A stretch of DNA of 63,998 nucleotides, counting the filler, from Candidatus Methanoxibalbensis ujae (lineage in GTDB: Archaea > Halobacteriota > Syntropharchaeia > Alkanophagales > Methanospirareceae): NCBI GenBank assembly GCA_026134085.1. It is 5 parts of 4 records of this genome, joined end to end, with 100 filler letters (N's around TTAATTAATTAA, not from the genome) between each part and the next. Parts side by side here need not be neighbours in the genome. Positions count along the whole stretch, not along the records: positions 1 to 21,343 come from JAOQIN010000001.1; 4 more parts are not named here. One strand, given 5' to 3'. Below the pieces are notes generated by a model. It was not told the origin of the DNA. It was given only the letters and a program-made list of their open reading frames with translations, and searched no databases. Each line of letters opens with the position of its first letter. Position 1 is the first letter of the stretch. Shown piece by piece: positions 8,409-19,078 of this stretch. The position numbers and the translations under genes are program-made.

Positions 8409-10199
8409 TCAGCGCTTATGTGCCATCCCGACAACTTCAGACACGTTTTTATATCCTTTTTCGGAGAGCATTTTTCGCAATTCATTCTTGATCTCCTCAA
8501 ATATGAGGAGGCCTCTGCTTACAATTGCACTGCCTATTTGAAACAGAGAAGCGCCGGCAGCAGCATAATCAAACACATCTTTCGCTGAGAATATGCCACC
8601 AACCGCAACAACGGGGATGCCGACATTTTCCGCAATTCTGAAAACAACTTTTTTCCCTATTTCCGCTATTTTTTTCCCGGAGATTCCTCCCGTGCCTGAT
8701 GGATTTCCGAGTATCGGAATTCCAAGACTCCTCTCAACAGGCTTTGATGCGAGCGTGTTAACAGCGCATATCGCATCCGCATGTTTTTCAACAAGCGATG
8801 CTATATAAGCAGGATCGGCTGTATTCGCGGATATCTTCACAACAACTGGAATATGATGCGAATGCGCGACATATGAAACCTTTCGGACAACCTTACAAAG
8901 CAATTCCGGATCATTCTCAAGCGCTTTAAATCCGCTGTGAGGGCATGACACATTCAATTCAATCATGTCTATGGGATAATTTACAGCAATTTTCACAATT
9001 TTCAGCCATTCATTTTCATCTCTTCCAAAAATACTCAGTATCAGCGGAACATTGGCTCTCTTGGCCTCCTCTATCTCAATTTTATATGCATTTATCCCCG
9101 GGTTGGGAAGTCCCATTGCGTTCACATATGTCTGAGGTTCAATCTCTATAAATGTCGGATTTGGGTGTCCGTGTGATGCATGAAGTCCGATACTCTTTGT
9201 CACGACAGCTCCTGCGCCCGATTTTGCTATGCGATACAGCATTTTTCCGGAGACCGCAAAGCCTGATGCGTTCATAAGAGGATTTTTGAATTGAATGCCG
9301 CAAACATTGGATTCAAGCATGGGATCATCTTCAGGTATGAATATCGGAGGCGTGGCAGGCGATATGATATTTCCTGTTTTCACGGGGACTCTCATCCCGC
9401 TCTCATCTCTTTTCCACAGTCCGAACTCGGTGTCCCGCAGCACATCAGCATCAAATACGGGTCCTTCAGTGCACACCCTGAGCCCCCCTATGTCGCAGGA
9501 GTCACATGCACCGCTCGCACACTTTATGATGCGCTCAACAGCCACCTGCGTTTTTATCGCTGCGTTTTTCGTTATACTGCAGATACGATACATCATATGC
9601 TCGGGACCACATGTCCACACCTCATCAACATATCGCACATCATAACCGAACAGCTCAACAAACAGTTCAACAACAGTGCCTTTAAAACCGGAGGAGCCGT
9701 CATCAGTGGCTATTCGCACTTCACAGCCCATGCGCTTGAAATCATCTACAAAAAGCAGATTACTCTCCGTGCTGGCGCCGAGCAGCACATAAACACGCGC
9801 TCCACGCTCAATCAATCGCCTAGCTGCAAATTTTAGCGGTGCAGCACCATAACCGCCTGCAACCAGACATATTTTTGATCTGTGAACATTCTCGAAGGAG
9901 AAACCCCTTCCAAAAGGGCCTCGCAAACCCAGCATGTCTCCCGCGCCCTTCTCATGTATGCGATGCGTGCAGTCTCCCACATCTGCAATCGCAATTTCCA
10001 CATCTTCCTCACACACGTCAGAGATGCTTATCGGTATCTCATCATGGCGAGGCAGCCAGACCATAAGGAATTGTCCCGGTTGCGATGCCCTCGCAATCTC
10101 AGGCGCGTGAAATCTGAAAACCTTTACTCCCTCACACGCATACTCAACATGCTCAATCCTATACAGATCTGGCACATTCATACTCATAGGTTGAGCCAA
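8409..10199 (-). CDS. pyrD: Fused dihydroorotate dehydrogenase electron-transfer subunit (PyrK) and catalytic subunit (PyrD, family 1B)
   Basis: N-half PGQFLMVW, RGPFGRGF, AGGYG, CASGACDSC..CTEGPVF; C-half NPLMNASG, NAMGLPNPG, ELNVSCPH, GGISG. Confidence 0.9.
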   Translation of the reverse strand: MAQPMSMNVPDLYRIEHVEYACEGVKVFRFHAPEIARASQPGQFLMVWLPRHDEIPISISDVCEEDVEIAIADVGDCTHRIHEKGAGDMLGLRGPFGRGFSFENVHRSKICLVAGGYGAAPLKFAARRLIERGARVYVLLGASTESNLLFVDDFKRMGCEVRIATDDGSSGFKGTVVELFVELFGYDVRYVDEVWTCGPEHMMYRICSITKNAAIKTQVAVERIIKCASGACDSCDIGGLRVCTEGPVFDADVLRDTEFGLWKRDESGMRVPVKTGNIISPATPPIFIPEDDPMLESNVCGIQFKNPLMNASGFAVSGKMLYRIAKSGAGAVVTKSIGLHASHGHPNPTFIEIEPQTYVNAMGLPNPGINAYKIEIEEAKRANVPLILSIFGRDENEWLKIVKIAVNYPIDMIELNVSCPHSGFKALENDPELLCKVVRKVSYVAHSHHIPVVVKISANTADPAYIASLVEKHADAICAVNTLASKPVERSLGIPILGNPSGTGGISGKKIAEIGKKVVFRIAENVGIPVVAVGGIFSAKDVFDYAAAGASLFQIGSAIVSRGLLIFEEIKNELRKMLSEKGYKNVSEVVGMAHKR

Positions 10200-10216
10200 C
10201 AGCTGTGCTATAAATA

Positions 10217-11056
10217 CTATAAGTATATTGAGCTGCCTATTCTGTGTCTTTCGCCTGTTCCTGTTGTGGCGGAAGATGAATCCATCAATCTGCGCTGATA
10301 TTCTTTTATGCGTTTTTCAAACTGTTCAATATCTGATTTTGCGATTTTTCGCACTTTTTCCATATCTATGTCTATGCCAGACATTTCCCTGAAAGCCTCA
10401 AGTGCGGTTATGCTCGCTCTCAGATCAAGGAAGTGCCTTTCCTCAGCCATGAGTGTGTAGCATTCTATGCCTGATGCTGATGCGAATCCGGGAAGGAGGG
10501 CGTCCTCCCCCTCTATGAAGAATGCGTCAACGCCTCTCCTCTCTATTCTCCTCGCGCCTTCTGGAATTTTCTTATGTGAATCTGAGTAGAATGCGACATG
10601 AACAGCGCCTTCATATCGCACAGGTGTCACAGAGCCGAGCGTGTATATTTCTCTGATGCCGAGATCCTTGCATATGCGAACTAAATTCATCGCATACTTA
10701 TAGAGGAATGCGGATGCATCGGGCGATAGGACGCCGCGATATCCCTGTAACCGCTCTGTTCCCTCGCCTCTGTATATGTAGAGGTGTTTGGTCCTGCTGA
10801 ACCAGAGTTCCTCATGAATTATTGCGAATTTGTCGCCATCTACTGTCGTCACGGGAGGGAAAAAATGAGAATACAGTCTGAATGCGCGCTCAGCATCTTC
10901 TATGCTTTCTTTCAGATAATAGGTGGCGGCGTTTCCCGTTATTTTGAACCCTGCAACCATTATCGGTATTCTGAGGCGCTTCAGCAACTCCCTGTCAACA
11001 TCCCATAACAATGTCAGATCAGACACTTCAAACACATCAGTGCTCATCGCTCCCAC
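10217..11056 (-). CDS. PAC2 (proteasome assembly chaperone) family protein
   Basis: MVAGFKITGNAATY, YSHFFPP, EIYTLGS, DLRASITALE, GIDIDM. Confidence 0.65.
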   Translation of the reverse strand: MGAMSTDVFEVSDLTLLWDVDRELLKRLRIPIMVAGFKITGNAATYYLKESIEDAERAFRLYSHFFPPVTTVDGDKFAIIHEELWFSRTKHLYIYRGEGTERLQGYRGVLSPDASAFLYKYAMNLVRICKDLGIREIYTLGSVTPVRYEGAVHVAFYSDSHKKIPEGARRIERRGVDAFFIEGEDALLPGFASASGIECYTLMAEERHFLDLRASITALEAFREMSGIDIDMEKVRKIAKSDIEQFEKRIKEYQRRLMDSSSATTGTGERHRIGSSIYL

Positions 11057-11287
11057 CTCGCGATCTTATTTAAGAGGTTGTGAGAAAAAGCCTTGCTGAG
11101 CAGTATGAGCCATCTCCCTCATCACATAATTATGCTCATGCCCATCTCAATGCCTCTCTCAATGCCTATCTCATGCCTGCTCCCATATGCGGGCAAAACC
11201 ATCAGCAACTACCATCACTCCAAATTGGAGTGCATTGGAGAGCCAGGTCACATCGCATGCACATCGCAAGACAGAAAGCAACAACTT

Positions 11288-11350
11288 GTGACCTCCTCCC
11301 CTCGCTGAGGTCGAAGGCTTCACTTCAGGTCTGCCCCGGGCAGAGCGAGC
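11288..11350 (-). mobile_element. Miniature IS200/IS605-type end (PATE-like)
   Basis: Minus strand TCTGCCC-G-GGGCAGA hairpin, then GAAGCCTTCGACCTCAGCGAGGGGAGGAGGTCAC; same terminus as at 883. Confidence 0.55.
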
Positions 11351-11456
11351 AATGAATAATACGAAGATGCTAAATATAAACACCCGCCTCCCCTTCTCCG
11401 CCAGAAGAATGGCAGCAACAATATTAAACAGTGAGGAGTAAAACAAAAAAGGGAGA

Positions 11457-11539
11457 GCGGAGGTTGCCGAGCGGACAAAGGCGTGAGGTTCAGGGCCTCA
11501 TCCCGAAGGGGTTCGGGGGTTCGAATCCCCTCCTCCGCA
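11457..11539 (+). tRNA. tRNA-Leu(CAG)
   Basis: Acceptor GCGGAGG/CCTCCGC-A, anticodon arm TGAGG-TTCAGGG-CCTCA, long variable arm, GGTTCGAATCC T-arm; CCA not encoded. Confidence 0.95.
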
Positions 11540-11604
11540 TGTGAATATGGAATTGAACATGGAGGAGGTTTTTTAACTGTGAGCACATCAAGTGGAAGGA
11601 TGAA

Positions 11605-12669
11605 ATGAGGGGTGTTGGAGGGTTTTCAGCGGAGGAGCAGGTCAGATTGTCTGGGGAGGAGGAGCTTCAGGAGATTCTGGAGCAGTCGAAAACTGTCATA
11701 AAGGTGATAGGATGCGGTGGCAGTGGCACAAACACGATACAGCGTATGTGTGAGGAGGGCATATTCGGAGCGGAACTGTATGCGCTGAACACTGATGCTC
11801 AGCATCTCCTCCATGCGAAGGTTGATAACAAGATTTTGATAGGTAAGAAGACAACACGAGGACTGGGTGCTGGCTCAATACCGAGGCTCGGGGAGGAAGC
11901 TGCGAGGGAGAACGAGGATGACATAAGAGGGCTTGTGAGGGATGCGGACATGGTTTTTGTCACATGCGGTCTCGGAGGCGGCACGGGAACAGGAGCTGCA
12001 CCTGTGGTCGCGAGTGCGGCTCAGGAGGCTGGAGCACTCACTATAGGTGTTGTCACGATGCCGTTCAGTGCTGAAGGAGATATGAGGTGGGAGAACGCGG
12101 AGACTGGACTTGAGAAAATGCGTGAATGCACTGACACTCTTATAGTCATACCGAATGACAAGCTTCTGGAGCTCGTGCCGAGACTGCCGCTGAATGAGGC
12201 GTTCAGGGTTGCTGATGAGGTGCTCATGCGTGCTGTAAAGGGACTTACGGAGCTCATAACAAAGCCCGGACTCGTAAATCTTGATTTCGCAGACATAAGA
12301 ACTGTGATGCAGGATGGCGGAATGGCAATGATAGGTTTCGGTGAGGCTACTGGAGAGAACAAAGCGGTTGAATCCGTGAGAAGGGCGCTTAACTCTCCGC
12401 TTCTTGATGTGGATGTATCAGAAGCGAAGGCCGCACTGATAAATGTGATAGGCGGTGATGACATGACCGTTGAGGAGGCTGAGGGCGCACTTGAGGAGGT
12501 CCACGGCATGATGAGCGACGGCGCGAGGATACTCTGGGGCGTTCAGATAGATCATGAACTCCAGAACGCTATAAAAACACTGCTTATTGTCACAGGCGTG
12601 CGATCATCCCAGATATACACAAAAAAGGAGCGCGTGCATGAGAAATTCGGCATTGATATCGTGCGATAG
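11605..12669 (+). CDS. ftsZ: Cell division protein FtsZ (FtsZ1)
   Basis: [33 protein letters not shown]; precedes secE-spt5. Confidence 0.97.
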   Translation: MRGVGGFSAEEQVRLSGEEELQEILEQSKTVIKVIGCGGSGTNTIQRMCEEGIFGAELYALNTDAQHLLHAKVDNKILIGKKTTRGLGAGSIPRLGEEAARENEDDIRGLVRDADMVFVTCGLGGGTGTGAAPVVASAAQEAGALTIGVVTMPFSAEGDMRWENAETGLEKMRECTDTLIVIPNDKLLELVPRLPLNEAFRVADEVLMRAVKGLTELITKPGLVNLDFADIRTVMQDGGMAMIGFGEATGENKAVESVRRALNSPLLDVDVSEAKAALINVIGGDDMTVEEAEGALEEVHGMMSDGARILWGVQIDHELQNAIKTLLIVTGVRSSQIYTKKERVHEKFGIDIVR

Positions 12670-12703
12670 CTTCCGTTGACACTGCTTGCTGAAGGTGAGC
12701 CTC

Positions 12704-12931
12704 ATGAAAATCGAAAATGTCACTGAAATGCTTGATGAGAAGTTCAGAAAGATTGAGAACCTGCCAGATATATTTAATGAGTACATCCGCATATTAAAAC
12801 TGGCTCGGCGACCTGAGAGGGAGGAGTTTCTGCAGGTGTCGAAAATAACAAGTGTGATGATACTGTTGGTTGGTTTGATAGGATTCACCGTATATGTGCT
12901 GATGACCGCGCTTCCCAAAGTATTTTTTTGA
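12704..12931 (+). CDS. secE: Protein translocase SecE/Sec61-gamma
   Basis: EYIRILKLARRPEREEF plus one TM; conserved ftsZ-secE-spt5 order. Confidence 0.9.
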   Translation: MKIENVTEMLDEKFRKIENLPDIFNEYIRILKLARRPEREEFLQVSKITSVMILLVGLIGFTVYVLMTALPKVFF

Positions 12932-12959
12932 GTTGGATTATGAGAAGTGGGGATATACG

Positions 12960-13433
12960 ATGGGGATATACGCCGTCAAGACAACAGTAAATCAGGAGCG
13001 TGCAGTTGCTGACTTGATAGCAAATTCTCTTAAGAGTGTGAGAGATCACGGTGTGAAGGCGATATTGGCACCTGAGGAGATGAGAGGATATGTGCTGATA
13101 GAGGCTGATGATCCCAACATCGTGGAGCAGGTCATACAGAACATACCGCATGCAAGAGGTGTTGTGAGGGGGAGGAGAGGCAGTGCGGAGATGAAATTTG
13201 ATGAAATCGCACATTTCCTCACACCAAAACCTTCTGTGGAGGGCATAGAGGAGGGAAGTATTGTTGAAATCATATCAGGACCCTTCAAAGGCGAGCGCGC
13301 TCGTGTGAAGAAAGTGGACACCGTTAAGGAGGAAATAATCATTGAGCTCTTTGATGCTGTCGTTCCGATTCCCATCACAGTCAGAGGAGAAAGCGTGAGA
13401 GTCCTCAGCAGGGAAGAGCGGAAGGAAGAGTGA
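12960..13433 (+). CDS. spt5: Transcription elongation factor Spt5
   Basis: YAVKTTVNQE, GYVLIEA, KOW motif VEIISGPFKGERARV. Confidence 0.95.
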   Translation: MGIYAVKTTVNQERAVADLIANSLKSVRDHGVKAILAPEEMRGYVLIEADDPNIVEQVIQNIPHARGVVRGRRGSAEMKFDEIAHFLTPKPSVEGIEEGSIVEIISGPFKGERARVKKVDTVKEEIIIELFDAVVPIPITVRGESVRVLSREERKEE

Positions 13434-13451
13434 GATGGAAATTGAAAAGCT

Positions 13452-14771
13452 ATGGGCGTGCATGATCTTGTGATTGAAGGTTGCTTTGTGAACGCATATG
13501 GCATAATTCGTGGAGAGATAGGCATTGACGGAGGATTTATCACAGATGTGAGGAGGCAGGGGTTGAGGGGTGAAAAGCGCATTTGCACGCGTGGCTGTCT
13601 TGTTTTTCCGGGATTCATAGACATACATGTGCATCTGAGAGACGACGGCAGTCATGAGTGGAGTTACAAGGAGGACTTCAACACAGGTGCGAGAGCTGCG
13701 ATACACGGTGGTGTGACGGCGGTTGCTGACATGCCGAACACTCCTCATCCTGCAAAAACTGTTGGAAGGGTGAAGGAGAAGAAGAGACTTGCAAGTGTGG
13801 CTGCCATTGATGTTCTGTTTTACGGCGCTGTGACGATGGACAATCTGGGAGAGATAGCGAGGATGTGTGATGAGGTGATCGCGTTCAAAATATATCTGTG
13901 CGAGACCACCGGCGGGCTTTATATGGATGAGAGATGCCTGCCGGTTGCGCTGAGTGTGCTCTTGCGTGCGGGGATGCCTTTGGTGATACACTGCGAGAAT
14001 CAGAATATGATATCCGCCGGATTGCGCGAGAATCCTGAAACTGAGTTGTCCGCGGTGAGATATGTGCTGCGCACACTGAGAGAGTTGAAGCACGGTGAAA
14101 TGAGTCCGCACTTGCATGGTGAGAGCGCAGAGGAGAATAGTGCAACGGAGAACATGGAGAGGGAGAGGGGCAGGGTCCTGGTGAACATTGCTCATGTATC
14201 CGTTTATGACACCGTGCGGCTTATTCGGACATCATGCGGTTGTGCGGATGTCGCAGTATGCTGTGAGGTGACACCGCATCATCTGTTTTTCAGCACTGAT
14301 GACCGCGTCCGTGACAGGCGGCTGAATGTCTATCCGCCACTGCGCAGCAAACACGATGCTCAGCAGCTGTTCAACGCGTTCAAAAGGGGACATATAGATT
14401 TCCTGGCGAGTGATCACGCCCCTCATACCGCTGAGGAGAAAGTCAGAGGTGAAGCTGGAATTCCGAATCTGGACACATATGGAAGCTTTGCTGGCTGGCT
14501 CATCAGAAAGGGCGTGCCGCCTGAGCGCATCGCCGCCGCATGCTCATATAATCCCGCAAGATTCCTCAGCCTCAGAGACAGAGGTCTCATCGAGAAGGGA
14601 ATGAGAGCGGATATAACAGTCATAGATCTGAAAAAAACACGCAGGATAAGGAGTGATGCGCTCTTCACGAAGTGCGGCTGGTCGCCTTTTGAGGGCTATG
14701 AACTTCCATCAGTGAAACATACAATCCTGAAAGGAGATGTGAAAAGCGAATATGACGAGGTGTTCTGTTGA
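13452..14771 (+). CDS. pyrC: Dihydroorotase (amidohydrolase)
   Basis: PGFIDIHVHLR, DMPNT, CEVTPHHL, ASDHAPH, TKCGWSPFEG. Confidence 0.85.
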   Translation: MGVHDLVIEGCFVNAYGIIRGEIGIDGGFITDVRRQGLRGEKRICTRGCLVFPGFIDIHVHLRDDGSHEWSYKEDFNTGARAAIHGGVTAVADMPNTPHPAKTVGRVKEKKRLASVAAIDVLFYGAVTMDNLGEIARMCDEVIAFKIYLCETTGGLYMDERCLPVALSVLLRAGMPLVIHCENQNMISAGLRENPETELSAVRYVLRTLRELKHGEMSPHLHGESAEENSATENMERERGRVLVNIAHVSVYDTVRLIRTSCGCADVAVCCEVTPHHLFFSTDDRVRDRRLNVYPPLRSKHDAQQLFNAFKRGHIDFLASDHAPHTAEEKVRGEAGIPNLDTYGSFAGWLIRKGVPPERIAAACSYNPARFLSLRDRGLIEKGMRADITVIDLKKTRRIRSDALFTKCGWSPFEGYELPSVKHTILKGDVKSEYDEVFC

Positions 14772-14895
14772 TTTGTAGTGCGCTGTGTCTGCTTTTCTCT
14801 TACAGGTATCGGCTTTTCTTTCACATATGTTGTTGCGGCATGTTGTTGTGGCATATTAATTGCGGCATATTAAACAACATGAGCGGACGATATGA

Positions 14896-16266
14896 ATGAA
14901 TATGAAAATGGAGAAGATACTGCTTGACGAGGAGGAGATACCGAAATCGTGGTATAACATTCAGGCGGACTTGCCGACGCCGCTTGACCCACCGCTTAAC
15001 CCGCAGACACTTGAGCCTGTGAAGCCGGAGGAGCTTGAGGCCATATTTCCGAGGGAGCTCATCCGTCAGGAAATGAGCAGAGAGCGCTGGATAAGGATTC
15101 CTGAGGAAGTGCGTGATGTTTACAGACTGTGGCGACCTACACCTCTCTACCGTGCGAGGAGATTGGAGGAGAAGCTGAACACACCCGCCCGTATATATTA
15201 CAAGTGGGAGGGAGTGTCGCCGCCGGGCAGTCACAAACCAAACACTGCGGTTGCTCAGGCTTTCTTCAACATGAAGGAGGGTGTTGAGCGCCTTACAACA
15301 GAGACAGGCGCGGGACAGTGGGGCTCTGCGCTTGCACTTGGTTGCATGCTCTTCGGATTGAAGTGCACAATATACATGGTGAGGGTGAGCTACGAGCAGA
15401 AACCCTCAAGAAGGACGCTCGCCCAGATATGGGGTGCTGAGATGGTTCCGAGTCCCAGCAACCGCACAAAATTTGGGAGGAGCATGCTTGAAAAGGATCC
15501 CAACCATCCGGGAAGCCTCGGAATCGCCATATCTGAGGCTATAGAGGATGCAGTGACGCATGAGAACACAAAATACTCGCTCGGCTCAGTGCTCAACCAT
15601 GTGCTTCTGCATCAGACTGTCATAGGTCTTGAGCTCAAAAAGCAGTTTGAGAGCATTGAGGAGTATCCTGATGTGATGTTCGGCTGCGTTGGCGGCGGCT
15701 CCAATTTTGCGGGCGCTGCTTTTCCCTTTGTCGGCGACAAACTGCGGGGAAATCCTGAGGCAGAATCTCTGAAAGTTGTGTCATGCGAGCCCACAGCATG
15801 CCCGACACTCACGAAGGGCATCTACACATACGACCACGGAGATACCGCAAAAATGACTCCTCTTCTGAAAATGCACACGCTCGGTCATGATTTTGTGCCC
15901 CCACCAATCCACGCAGGCGGTCTTCGCTATCACGGCGACGCACCTCTCCTCTGCAAACTCACAAATGATGGCTACATGTCAGCAGTTGCATTCAAACAGA
16001 ACGAGGTGTTTGAAGCCGCCCGCATCTTCGCCCAGACGGAGGGGTTCGTAGTGGCACCTGAAACAGCCCATTGCGTCAAAGCCGCAATAGATGAGGCACT
16101 GAAATGCAAAGAAAAAAATGAAGAAAAAGTCATTTTCTTCGCAAATTCGGGACACGGACACTTTGATATGGCAGCATACGAGGCGTTTATTGAGGGAAAA
16201 CTGCAGGATTATGAATATCCTGAGGAGAAGATAAAGGAAAGTCTTGCGAAATTATCGCTTATTTGA
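14896..16266 (+). CDS. trpB2: Tryptophan synthase beta chain 2 (TrpB2)
   Basis: [41 protein letters not shown]. Confidence 0.95.
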   Translation: MNMKMEKILLDEEEIPKSWYNIQADLPTPLDPPLNPQTLEPVKPEELEAIFPRELIRQEMSRERWIRIPEEVRDVYRLWRPTPLYRARRLEEKLNTPARIYYKWEGVSPPGSHKPNTAVAQAFFNMKEGVERLTTETGAGQWGSALALGCMLFGLKCTIYMVRVSYEQKPSRRTLAQIWGAEMVPSPSNRTKFGRSMLEKDPNHPGSLGIAISEAIEDAVTHENTKYSLGSVLNHVLLHQTVIGLELKKQFESIEEYPDVMFGCVGGGSNFAGAAFPFVGDKLRGNPEAESLKVVSCEPTACPTLTKGIYTYDHGDTAKMTPLLKMHTLGHDFVPPPIHAGGLRYHGDAPLLCKLTNDGYMSAVAFKQNEVFEAARIFAQTEGFVVAPETAHCVKAAIDEALKCKEKNEEKVIFFANSGHGHFDMAAYEAFIEGKLQDYEYPEEKIKESLAKLSLI

Positions 16267-16305
16267 TTTTTATTTTTTTATTTTTATTTTTGTTTTATTT
16301 ATTTC
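16267..16305 (+). terminator. Oligo-T tract after trpB2 (archaeal-type terminator)
   Basis: Several T5-T7 runs directly after the stop. Confidence 0.4.
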
Positions 16306-16489
16306 ATCAATAAATAATTAAAATAACAAAAAAACCCTCAGAAACAATTCAATCCTCACCCTCCGTTGCCCGACTCCATGACTGGTTTGAGGTCAGGTTC
16401 AAATGAAACGACCGCTGCCCTGACACATAGGTATGATGAGGCATAAGCAGACACACTCTGTCGTGGAGAGTGACATCTATAGTTTTATA

Positions 16490-17130
16490 AGAATAATAAA
16501 AATAACCTCTTGCAGTATGACTTTTGAATTTTGCCATAGATTCCTCAGACCTCTCAGACCTCACGTAAATCCTGTCACCCGATACATGAATCATGAATCA
16601 CTTTCCAAGCTTTCCCAGCAAGCACAACATCAATAGGATATTGCACCGATGATTTGTTCAGAACTGATATCAACAACTTTCAATGTTCTGATAGATGGTA
16701 TATTTGAGTGAATCTTACCTTTTTCGCCCAAATCCATCAATTTGGTCGTTGCATACCATTTGTTGTGCCTCTTTTCTATCCTTCCCATTATTAAATGATT
16801 CAATGTCTTTTAAATCACTCTTCGAACAGGACTCCATAATCTCAAACATAACCTTCTCTTCTTCAGAATTAAATATGGCACCCACATTTGCGCCGATTGC
16901 CCCTTCCGATCCGCTGAAGTAATGATGAAACACTCCAAGGAACTTCAGCAAGCACAATTGCATCTATATCTCCGATGTCAATACCGATTTCAGGCGTCAT
17001 GTAGCAACGCCTAGTTTCTCTTTTCTTGCACAATTGCTTAAGTGAGCCAACAGATGTATATTCAATTTCTCGTTTATCAGAAACTGCAATAACTTCACTT
17101 GGTGGTATTCAGCTTTTGAAATAAAGAACC
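16490..17130 (-). pseudogene. Remnant of an Lhr-like SF2 helicase
   Basis: Minus strand about 16870-17010 reads MTPEIGIDIGDIDAIVLAEVPWSVSSLLQRIGRGNRR (motifs V and VI); further fragments KGKIHSNIP and VLAGKAWKVI in other frames; low GC. Confidence 0.7.
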
Positions 17131-17218
17131 TCGGCAATTGCTTCTTTTTTATTTTTTTATTTTATTTATTTTATTTTTTACTATTATTAATATCAATAAA
17201 TTCCATCGGGCAACCTTA

Positions 17219-18616
17219 TCACCAGGATACTGTGGAGTTGAAATATTTTCTGAGGAATTTTCCGAGACCATCAAAGAATTTTATTTCGTCATTTATCATC
17301 ACCTCATATTGGGAGCGCTCAATTATCTCGCTCACATGCTTTCCCAGACCGCATTTCATCAGTTCTTTCGTGTCTTTAAGCAATGAAAGAACGCTGCGAT
17401 GTCTTCGTGGAACTTCAGCTACGAGCCTTCCACACTCATCTATGCGAACAACACGGTTTCTGGAGAGATGCTTTGTTTTGAACTTTTCCGCGTGAATCTC
17501 AGCCGTGACAGGCGGTCCTGTATGCATCTTCACAGCAGGGAGCGTGCCGCATGCAATTTCGTATATCAGGAAGGCCTTCCCTCCCTCAGCGCCGACAGCG
17601 CTGCGCATCACGCTGAACCCATTATTCTGAATGAGCCTGCGAATGGATTTCTCCGCCTTCCTCAGCTGCGGAAACAGCACATCATCAACTACCGGCGGCG
17701 CATCAAAGCACAACATCACGAAATCCGTTCCACGCTCATGTATATTGCGTATGAACTCATCCCTGCTCATCTCGGTTTCCTCTCTGAAAAAATATTTGAT
17801 TGACGGTCTGCTGATGAAAGCGCGAGCGGCATCTATGAAACGGGCGAATGAGAACGCAGAAACAGACGCTGCCACATTTCTTTTGGGGTCGACAGGATCT
17901 ATCACGATAAGCGGCTCATCTCCCCTGTATGTGCCATGCCCCTCCATGTCTATGCGATGTCCGAAACGCCAGTGTGCCGCACTCTTCATCAGTTGTATGA
18001 AGCCATCATGATGGAGTATGAGCAGCTCGCAGAGATATCCCGAGAATCCCATTGTCCTCTGTTCAGCGCCGTATATGTGGAGTGTTTTCAGGAACTGCTT
18101 CAACAGTCGCACATCATCTTCAAGCCCCGGGATGCGAGCTGAGAGATATGCGTTGTGAAATGGCGTTCGGTCAACAGCTGATTTTATCTCAGATGCGCTT
18201 TTCACCTCAAAACACGGCACAATATCCGCCTCCATCTCAGCGCCTTGAAATGAGAAGAACGCATGTATGTAAGGATGGGATGCATATCTCTCCTCATATT
18301 TTGAGAACACACTCTTGGCCAATCTCAGCCCTTTTTCCTCCAATTCCTGCGTTGTGAATTCTTCAGGAAGCAATATGAATATGTCAATGTCCTCTTCACC
18401 GCGAATCCATGTGTTCCTTGCGACAGACCCCACACATACAGCCTTTGCCGGAATGTTCAACTCATGTGCTTTCTCGTTTATTTGCCTTATAATCCATGCT
18501 GTCGCCTCTTTCACACGTCTTATTTCCTCATCAGTTGGCTTTATCCTTCTCAAAACAGCCTCGCATATCTCCTTCATTTTTTTGTTTTCTTGCTGTGTGT
18601 TCTCTTTCATTCTCAT
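17219..18616 (-). CDS. cca: CCA-adding enzyme (class I)
   Basis: GSVARNTW..DIDIF, YASHPY, SAVDRTPFH, GFSGYLCELL, DPVDPKRNVAA. Confidence 0.95.
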   Translation of the reverse strand: MRMKENTQQENKKMKEICEAVLRRIKPTDEEIRRVKEATAWIIRQINEKAHELNIPAKAVCVGSVARNTWIRGEEDIDIFILLPEEFTTQELEEKGLRLAKSVFSKYEERYASHPYIHAFFSFQGAEMEADIVPCFEVKSASEIKSAVDRTPFHNAYLSARIPGLEDDVRLLKQFLKTLHIYGAEQRTMGFSGYLCELLILHHDGFIQLMKSAAHWRFGHRIDMEGHGTYRGDEPLIVIDPVDPKRNVAASVSAFSFARFIDAARAFISRPSIKYFFREETEMSRDEFIRNIHERGTDFVMLCFDAPPVVDDVLFPQLRKAEKSIRRLIQNNGFSVMRSAVGAEGGKAFLIYEIACGTLPAVKMHTGPPVTAEIHAEKFKTKHLSRNRVVRIDECGRLVAEVPRRHRSVLSLLKDTKELMKCGLGKHVSEIIERSQYEVMINDEIKFFDGLGKFLRKYFNSTVSW

Positions 18617-18698
18617 TCATTCTCTTTCATCCTCCTTCATCCTCTTTCATCCCGTCACATCGCTGAGCACTGCTGCGTCGTTGTCAGCATCACATGCA

Positions 18699-19016
18699 TC
18701 AAAGTATTCTCGGACCCCTGAAATAACCTTTTTCCTTCCTGGGAGCGTTCATCAGCGCATCTTCCTGATCAAGTGACTCCTCAGGCACATCCTCACGCAT
18801 CACATTCTCAACGCCAACAGCATGAAATGTGGGCTCAACATCAGATGTGTCCGCCTCATCAAGTATTGAGAAATACTCCAATATCTCGCTCAATTGCGCG
18901 GCAAATTTCTCCTTCTCCTCATCGCTCAGCTCTATGCGTGCAAGCCAGCAGAGATGCTCTATGTCCTCCTTTCTCATTTTCTGTCTCATTTCCATTTCCC
19001 TTTCAGGATTTTTCAA
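18699..19016 (-). CDS. gatC: Asp/Glu-tRNA amidotransferase subunit C
   Basis: EHLCWLARIEL, MRED, NAP..GYFRGPRI. Confidence 0.92.
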   Translation of the reverse strand: MKNPEREMEMRQKMRKEDIEHLCWLARIELSDEEKEKFAAQLSEILEYFSILDEADTSDVEPTFHAVGVENVMREDVPEESLDQEDALMNAPRKEKGYFRGPRIL

Positions 19017-19078
19017 TAAAGGAGTGGTGGTTGTCCTCTGGTGCTGACATGGGCAGCGTCAGGTCCTCAGATGCAATC

